From an uncultured delta proteobacterium (GTDB taxonomy: Bacteria > Desulfobacterota > Desulfobacteria > Desulfobacterales > Desulfatirhabdiaceae), in the NCBI GenBank assembly GCA_963789395.1, contig CAWBKP010000011.1, forward strand, positions 128,001-192,000: 64,000 bases of DNA. Direction: 5' to 3'. This document shows positions 57,218 to 64,000 of the stretch, piece after piece; position 1 is the first letter of the stretch; each line of letters begins with the position of its first letter. Made by a program: the position numbers and the translations under genes. The notes beneath the pieces were generated by a model. It did no database searches and was not told where the DNA came from. It saw only the letters and a program-made list of their open reading frames with translations.

Positions 57218-58321
57218 TCACACAATTGCCAGTGACGTTTCCGCATCAAAAATATGGGTTTTTATCATCTTCAAATCCACCTCAAGAATCTGTCCAACGG
57301 TCGGCGGGCAATCCGGCACCTCCATTCGGGCGACGATGGATTGATCCGCGCAGGTAAGATAGACGAAAATCTCCGATCCCAGGGTTTCGACCACATCCGC
57401 ATGCGCCGTAATGGTGTTTGCGTTGGCGGTGCCCGTCGCAGCATCGTGCAGAGACATGTCTTCCGGACGCACGCCGAAGATCACCTGCCTGCCGACATGG
57501 TGTTCGAGCCGGGAATTGAACGTCTCAGGCGCCCGGACCCGGAAACCGGCAGCATCGATGAACACGGCACCATTTTCCAGAACCACCTTGGCCTCTATGA
57601 AGTTCATCGCCGGAGAGCCGATGAAGCCGGCAACAAAGCGGTTGGCAGGTTGTCCATACACCTCCATTGGTGCGCCGGTCTGCTGCAAGGCGCCGTTATG
57701 CATGATGAAGATCCTGTCGGCCATGGTCATGGCCTCCACCTGATCGTGGGTGACGTATATGATAGTGGCCCCCAGGCGACGGTGGAGTTTGCTGATTTCG
57801 GCCCGCATGGCTACCCGCAGCTTGGCATCGAGATTGGAGAGGGGTTCATCAAAGAGGAATACTTTGGGTTTGCGGACGATTGCCCTTCCAACCGCCACGC
57901 GCTGCCGCTGCCCTCCGGAGAGCTCTTTGGGTTTCCTCTCCAGCAGCGCCTGGATGCCGAGGATGTCCGCGGCCTCCTCCACCCGGGTATCAATCTCTTT
58001 TTTGCTCATCTTCCGGATCTTGAGGCCAAATCCCATGTTGTCCCGGACGTTCATGTGGGGATAGAGGGCGTAGTTCTGAAAGACCATGGCAATGTCCCGG
58101 TCTTTAGGCGGCATGTCATTTACGCATGTATCGCCAATGTATATCTGACCGGAGGTCGCTGTTTCAAGTCCGGCAATCATCCGCAGCGCCGTTGTCTTTC
58201 CGCATCCGGAGGATCCGACCAAAACCGCGAACTCGCGGTCCGCAATCTGGATCGAAAGATCGTTTACCGCCATAACCGAGCCGAATCGCTTTACAACGTT
58301 TTTCAAGATCACACTGGACAT
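57218..58321 (-). CDS. Carbohydrate ABC transporter ATP-binding protein (MalK/UgpC-like)
   Basis: GSSGCGKTT, VFQNYALYPHM, LSGGQRQR, DEPLSNLDAKLR, FIGSPAMN. Confidence 0.94.
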   Translation of the reverse strand: MSSVILKNVVKRFGSVMAVNDLSIQIADREFAVLVGSSGCGKTTALRMIAGLETATSGQIYIGDTCVNDMPPKDRDIAMVFQNYALYPHMNVRDNMGFGLKIRKMSKKEIDTRVEEAADILGIQALLERKPKELSGGQRQRVAVGRAIVRKPKVFLFDEPLSNLDAKLRVAMRAEISKLHRRLGATIIYVTHDQVEAMTMADRIFIMHNGALQQTGAPMEVYGQPANRFVAGFIGSPAMNFIEAKVVLENGAVFIDAAGFRVRAPETFNSRLEHHVGRQVIFGVRPEDMSLHDAATGTANANTITAHADVVETLGSEIFVYLTCADQSIVARMEVPDCPPTVGQILEVDLKMIKTHIFDAETSLAIV

Positions 58322-58355
58322 GTCACAGATATCCTCTCTCTTTCTGCAGCGATTC

Positions 58356-59387
58356 CTAAGGTTTGACAATGACCTTCATGAGCCCCGCTTCGCCTTTGCG
58401 CAGCCGGTCAAACCATGACGGGGCTTCCGATAACGGCACCACCGCGGACATCATCTCGTCAACCTTGACCCGTCCGCTTGCAATCATGTCCAGACATGCC
58501 GGATATTCGCCCGCAGAAGCACAAGAGCCGTAAAGCGTGAGCTGCCGCGTCACAACAGCCTGCAACGGCAATTCGACTTTGGGTGAAAGATTGCCGACCA
58601 GGCCGACCTTGCCCCCCTTTCGGACCGCATGAATCGCCAGGTTTACCGTCGGCACGATTCCGACAACTTCAAACGCCATGTCGGCGCCGCGACCGTGCGT
58701 GAGGTTCCTGACCTTCTCAACCGTCTCAGCCTCATCTGACGGGATCGCAAAATCGGCGCCCAGCTTCAAAGCCAAGTCAAGACGTGACCGGTCAAGGTCA
58801 ATGGCGATGATTCTGCCGCAACCTTTAATGCGCAGCGCCTGAATGACAAACAGGCCGATCATGCCGCAGCCCACGACGACCGCACTGTCGTTAATCCGGC
58901 TGGGTATGAGATTGGCCGCATGAAAGGCCACTGAAACAGGCTCTGTCATTGCAGCCTGCTCGAAGCTCAAGCCATCCGGCAAGCGATAGAGAACAGACTG
59001 CGGCACGGCCACATACTCTGCAAACGCACCATGCTGACGATATTCGCCGCAGGAAACCCCCAGGACCCTGCGAAAATCACTCAGGTTGAATGCCCCTTGC
59101 TGCGAATAAAAATCCTGCCGGGTCACTACCGTCGAGTCAAACGTGACGCGATCCCCCGCTTCCCATTCGGTGATGTCGCCGCCGATCTGCTCGATCAGCC
59201 CGGAAGCTTCATGCCCCATGATGATCGGAGGGATCCTTCGACCGGTGCTGCCGTCCATGCCGTGCACATCGCTGCCGCAGATACCGCAGGCTTTCACCCG
59301 GATCAGAACATCCTGGTGTCCGATTTCCGGCAGCGGAACGTCTTCGAAAGAAAACGTGTTGTATGCCTTCAGAACGAGTGCTTTCAC
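58356..59387 (-). CDS. Zn-dependent sugar/polyol dehydrogenase (GatD/sorbitol dehydrogenase-like MDR)
   Basis: CGICGSDVH, GHE, GAFAEY, GCGMIG. Confidence 0.88.
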   Translation of the reverse strand: MKALVLKAYNTFSFEDVPLPEIGHQDVLIRVKACGICGSDVHGMDGSTGRRIPPIIMGHEASGLIEQIGGDITEWEAGDRVTFDSTVVTRQDFYSQQGAFNLSDFRRVLGVSCGEYRQHGAFAEYVAVPQSVLYRLPDGLSFEQAAMTEPVSVAFHAANLIPSRINDSAVVVGCGMIGLFVIQALRIKGCGRIIAIDLDRSRLDLALKLGADFAIPSDEAETVEKVRNLTHGRGADMAFEVVGIVPTVNLAIHAVRKGGKVGLVGNLSPKVELPLQAVVTRQLTLYGSCASAGEYPACLDMIASGRVKVDEMMSAVVPLSEAPSWFDRLRKGEAGLMKVIVKP

Positions 59388-59409
59388 GGTTCATGTCCTT
59401 AATTTGGAA

Positions 59410-60553
59410 TTATAAAAACGGTACCGATGCATAGGTGCTGTAGTCGAGATCGGCCGCCTCCGGCTCAAGCGGGAATTTAACCGGGGCATTTGTTTTCTGT
59501 GAACGGTAGATCGCCGTAAATATTTCAACTGTTTTTCGGCCGTCTTCTCCGGTAACAAGCGGCGAACGATCATCGATAATGGCCCGCAGAAAATCTTGAA
59601 TCTGCAGATGAAAATAGTGATCCATCGCATTGGGCAGCCCGCAAAAGAGCTCACTGTCATCTTTTATCCACTGATCCAGCATGTTTTCTTCACCCGCTAC
59701 CGTCCAGATATCATTCACCGGCGGTTCGATAATCGACCGATCTTCCGGCGATAAACATGGCACCGCCGTCGGTTTGCACGCCGACCGATGCGCCGTTTTG
59801 CCCGTGAACATGAACCTTGCCGTAAATGCCGGGCTTTTGGGAATTGCTCACCACGATGTTGCCGAGCGCGCCGCTCTGGAAACGGACAATCGCTACCGCC
59901 GTATCCTCCACTTCGATATAGGGATGATTGATATTTGACCAGACGCCGAAAAGCTCGGCGATCGGGCCCATAAACCACTGCAGCAGATCCAGTTGGTGGG
60001 GGGCCTGGTTGACCAGGACACCGCCGCCTTCCGCCTGCCACTGGCCGCGCCAGGGATCGCTCTCATAGTAATTCCGGTCGCGCCAGCCGAGCATCAATAC
60101 CGTCCCCAGAGCGGGTTTTCCAATTTTCCCCGCATCAATTGCCTGGCGGATGCGCTGAACCGGGGCGTAAAAACGGCGCTGGGACACCGTGCCGATTTTG
60201 ACATTGGCTTTCTTTGCCGCAGCAAGGATATCGTCGCAGTCCCGCAGATTTGATGCCAGCGGTTTTTCCACAAGAACATGAGCGCCGGCTTCAGCGGCAG
60301 TGACTGCAGCATTGCGATGCGCCGGGTGCGGCGTGCAGATTATCACCGCCTCGACACCGGCGGAAACGATCATCTCCCGAATATCGCTGAACCCTTGAAC
60401 ACCGTACTTCTCACCGAATCTTCCGGCTTTTGCCTGATTGCGACTGTACACCGCAACAAACTGTGCTTCGGGCGTTTTTGTCAGCGCTCCCGCGTGCAGG
60501 TCGCTGACTTTTCCGCAGCCGATAATTGCAGTTTTGACTTTCCGCATCGTCAT
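59410..60553 (-). CDS. Gfo/Idh/MocA family oxidoreductase (frameshift near 59740)
   Basis: IIGCGKV, ICTPHPAH, LVEKPL, GGGVLVNQAPHQLD; C-terminus in ORF 59410..59811. Confidence 0.88.
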
Positions 60554-60754
60554 TTTTCCTTGCCGGTGACAGGTCACCCTTTCTTGCTGAATGTCGTATT
60601 TTTATCGCCCGCCATGCCCTACGTTACAACTGACTGCCGCAAGATAATTTTCTTGCAAAAATAAGAGATTATATACCGAACCTCTTGCAAAATCAATTGC
60701 CTTTTGAGAGACTGAAACAGGGTTCAAGTTTCAGAAAGGGGCCTTTAAAAAAGT

Positions 60755-62426
60755 ATGACGACGCCAAACAGTGGACGCCCCCGAGCGTCCACTGTCATGA
60801 CGGCAAGCGAGGTGAAAACAGTGCCGCCAAGCATGATTGGGAAACAGTTCTTCGGTGCGAATATCTTCCCGGGGCGGATGGGGGGTCAGGGGAAGCCATC
60901 TCGCCGGAGCCCGAGCACGCCTTCTGTTGTAATGGGGTTTTGTGGCCCCCTTTTTCTTGCCTTGAGCATTGTCCTTCTAATTCCCCTGATCGTATCCGCA
61001 ATATATGGTGAATATGGAGAAAATTTTCTAACGATAGAGGCGTTTGTTCTTCCCAGTCTGCTGTGCCTGACACTGGGTTTTGCTCTCAAATGGAAGTTTC
61101 CATCGGAACATGCAAATGCCACACAGGCCGTACTCATCTGCAGTATCGGTTGGCTGGTGGCCTCCGGTGTCGGGGCACTTCCCTTTGTTATCGGGATCGA
61201 CAGCACTTACCTGAATGGCTATTTTGAAGCCATGAGCGGCTTTACCACTACAGGGATTACCATGTACACCGGTTTGGATGGTATGCCCAAAAGCATTCTT
61301 TTTTGGCGGGCGCTGACACAATGGGTAGGCGGGCTGGGTATCATCACCATGTTTTTGGCGGTAAATCCCAAAGGCGGCCTTGCTCATCACCTGTTTGGTG
61401 CCGAAGGGCACAAGATCAATGTCGACCGCCCGGTACCGGGGGTATCCCATACCATCAAAATCCTGCTGGGTATTTATATTCTTTTTACGGTATTGATCGC
61501 GTTATCACTCTGGATGCTGGGAATGCCGCTCTTTGATAGTATTTGCCATGCTTTCGCCGCACTGGCAACCGGGGGCTACTCTCCCCATGATGCCAGCATC
61601 GAATTTTACCGTATGAACGGCTATGTCCCACTATATTGGAATGGAATATGTTCTAATTGTCGGGATGATCATCGGCGGGATGAGCTTTGTCGTTCATTAC
61701 CGGGTGCTTTCCGGTTTCCCGAAAGCGTTGTTTGACAATGCCGAAGTTCGCTACTGGTGGTCGATCATCAGTGCGTTCACCCTGCTGATAGTTATAGAGC
61801 GGCTGTTGAGGATCGACCCTCCGGGATCAATTTCGTTGACCGATTGGGACTTATGGCGGCGATTGGAGGAGGATTTCCGACTTTCTCTTTTCCAGGTAGT
61901 TTCGGTCATCACCACAACCGGTTTCGGCACCCGGGATATCATGTCCCCGTATTTCGGCGAAGGGGCCAGACAGCTCTTTTTGATCATGATGGTGATCGGT
62001 GGATGCGTGGGTTCGACGGGCGGGGGGTTGAAAGTATTGCGGATCGTGATTCTCAATCGGCTTTTCCGACGGGAAGTTTATCGTCTGCGGGTGCCGGCCG
62101 AGGCGATTACGACGATTCTCATCGATGGCGAGCAGGTGGATCAGGAAGAAATATACAGGGTCGGGGCGTTGTTTTTCGGGTGGATTGTGTTGCTTGTATT
62201 GGGGGGCGGGGTAACCGAGTTTTTATCCAAACACTCGGGGTATGCGGCGTTATCGGGAATGTTCAGCGCATTGGGAAACGTGGGACCTTGTTTTATTTCA
62301 GCACAGGATATCACACAGCTGCATCCTGTCATTAAGACCGTTTACATCATGGGCATGCTGGCGGGACGACTGGAGATTCTGCCGGTTTTTCTACTCTTCA
62401 GTCGAAAGGCGTGGAGATCCTACTGA
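60755..62426 (+). CDS. trkH: Trk potassium uptake membrane protein (frameshift near 61630; start uncertain)
   Basis: FEAMSGFTTTG, QWVGGLGI, ATGGYS, TTTGF, GSTGGGLK, LGNVGP, GRLEI. Confidence 0.9.
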
Positions 62427-62447
62427 ACTTTTAAGGAGGCAAGTGAG

Positions 62448-63122
62448 ATGCGAGTCGTTGTTGCAGGTGCGGGCGTTATCGGTTTTCAAGTCGTCAAAAT
62501 GCTTGTGACGAACAAGCATGACGTGGTGGTTATCGACCTGGACAGGGCTGTTTGTGAAGCGATTTATGCCGATACCGGGGCCGTTATTATCAACGGCAGC
62601 GCCACCGACATCCGTATTCTGGAAAAAGCGGGGGTTCGCAACTCGGATGTCATGGCTTGCCTGGTCCGCAATGATTCAGATAACATCGCTTGTGCGCTGC
62701 TGTCCAAAAGCCTGGGTGTTCCATCCATCATCGCCCTGTTACGAAAACCCGAATATGAGGAAGCCTACCGCACGGTGGGCGTCACGCAAGTCATCAGCAC
62801 CACGGACATTCTGGCCCACCAGCTGATCGTGGAGATTGAACAGCCCAAAGTGAGGAAAATTATCTCGATCGGCGGCGGCAAGGCTGAAATCTACGCCGTT
62901 CATATTCCCGCGGAAGCCAAATGCGTCGGTCTAATGGTAAAGGAGATTACCCAGGAGAAGAATTTCCCCCGCGATTGCGTCTTTATGGGGATTTATCATG
63001 AGACAAAAGATCTGTTTTTCATTCCCAGGGGAGATCATAGCCTGGATGCTCTGGATACCGTATTTCTGGTGGCCAACGGCCAGAATATTAAAAAAGCGAC
63101 CGATTTTTTAACGCGGAAATAA
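62448..63122 (+). CDS. trkA: Trk potassium uptake regulatory protein (single RCK N+C)
   Basis: VVAGAGVIG Rossmann motif, GSATD, IPRGD; follows trkH. Confidence 0.88.
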   Translation: MRVVVAGAGVIGFQVVKMLVTNKHDVVVIDLDRAVCEAIYADTGAVIINGSATDIRILEKAGVRNSDVMACLVRNDSDNIACALLSKSLGVPSIIALLRKPEYEEAYRTVGVTQVISTTDILAHQLIVEIEQPKVRKIISIGGGKAEIYAVHIPAEAKCVGLMVKEITQEKNFPRDCVFMGIYHETKDLFFIPRGDHSLDALDTVFLVANGQNIKKATDFLTRK

Positions 63123-63289
63123 AACAGACTTGGGTTTCGCTCAAGAAAGTGACCCATTCCACGCATTATATTCCCGTCGCAACAGGGAATCTTGATGAAA
63201 AGGAGCTGACAATGCCGGCCGTTCAAGGTCCGGCTGGCTCTCGTGCGTTTATTGTTTATTAGCCAAATTTGACAGCGAAGAGGCTTTAT

Positions 63290-64000
63290 TTAATTCCAAG
63301 CAGCGAGAATAGATGTTTTTATTGGTTCTGCCTCCAGGCAACGGGCCATGATCAGGTCTTTCCAGAAAATCGCCTTGATGTCCAGTCGATCGAGCGTCGG
63401 CAGAAACCAGCCTGAAAAACGCCTGCAGTGCTTGTCATCGTATTTATCCACCCTTCGTTTAACCACAGCGCGCAAGGAAGTTTTGGTCAAAAACTCGTCG
63501 AACAGGCCTTGGTTAATTTGACTTGATAGCACATAAAAGCCGAGTGCCTTGAATTCTTGTGCCTGCCTTATGGTTCGCTTCAGGACTTCTGCAATACACA
63601 CTTCGTTATGCATCCCCCGCGTTGCAATAAGTAGCTTTCTCAACGCTTGCAGTCAATTTGCTATACATTTTAGCTTCAATCAGACAAAATGCCTGGCATC
63701 TAGAGCAGAGAGTCATATCCCGTTTTGCACCGTTTCCGATGTCAAAGTGGCCAATGAATGCATCCGCATGAGTCCATGATTCCGTGATTGTGTCCTCCTG
63801 GAACTCTGATAGGAAAGCAGGTGGAAGCAGCGCCTCGGAATACCACCTGGACCATAGCGGAACAGTCAGCGGGTGCCGTCCATCCTTCAGATCAATGGAC
63901 GCAAATAGATCCAATGCCAAACCAAACATCCAGCCGTCACTGTCGCAATGCTGTGACGGCATGTCCGGGGGGACTGTGTTGCAAGTATTGATAAGTGTCT
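63290..64000 (-). pseudogene. Fragmented hypothetical gene with PD-(D/E)xK-like motif; 5' end uncertain
   Basis: RWYSEALL...THADAFIG...LIEAKMYSKL in 63606..63962, continuing out of frame in 63290..63643. Confidence 0.45.

Noticed and set aside
57254..58366. 370-aa + strand ORF, and similar shadows at 3773-4612, 7600-8478, 11153-11944, 13806-14813 and 41941-42774
   Set aside because: Each lies opposite a well-supported gene and has no recognisable protein features

Overview
Chromosomal window from a Gram-negative anaerobe. Gene content and order suggest Desulfobacterales/Desulfobacterota (inference). The sequence looks like an uncorrected long-read assembly: many 1-nt indels split conserved or essential genes (alaS, ribF, fmt, rsmB, galE, mqnE/A/B, trkH). 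1-6 kb: histidine-kinase signalling cluster, including an HDOD-GAF-kinase. 6-26 kb: core genes (DUF39-thpR-recA-alaS-uvrA, M23 peptidase, kdsA-kdsC-lptCAB-rpoN-hpf-ptsN-rapZ-EIIA, gap-tpiA-secG). 26.6-33.9 kb: compact futalosine (menaquinone) cluster, mqnE-mqnC-deaminase-mqnA >< mqnD-mqnB-tetR. It lies between two inward-facing tRNA-Leu genes and has a candidate TetR operator over the mqnE promoter. 34-44 kb: ribF, flippase-like protein, def-fmt-rsmB-galE, DUF355, LonC-type protease, rsmE, tRNA-Phe. 44.3-64 kb: accessory region after tRNA-Phe with an MFS transporter, IS/DUF4338 debris, perR followed by a katA 5' relic and an intact GC-rich katG, a sugar/polyol ABC-dehydrogenase-gnd cluster, trkH-trkA and a decayed nuclease-like gene. 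Heptamer-periodic repeats and MITE-like elements recur at gene junctions. No CRISPR array, rRNA or integrase was seen. All calls are by motif recognition; no searches were run.
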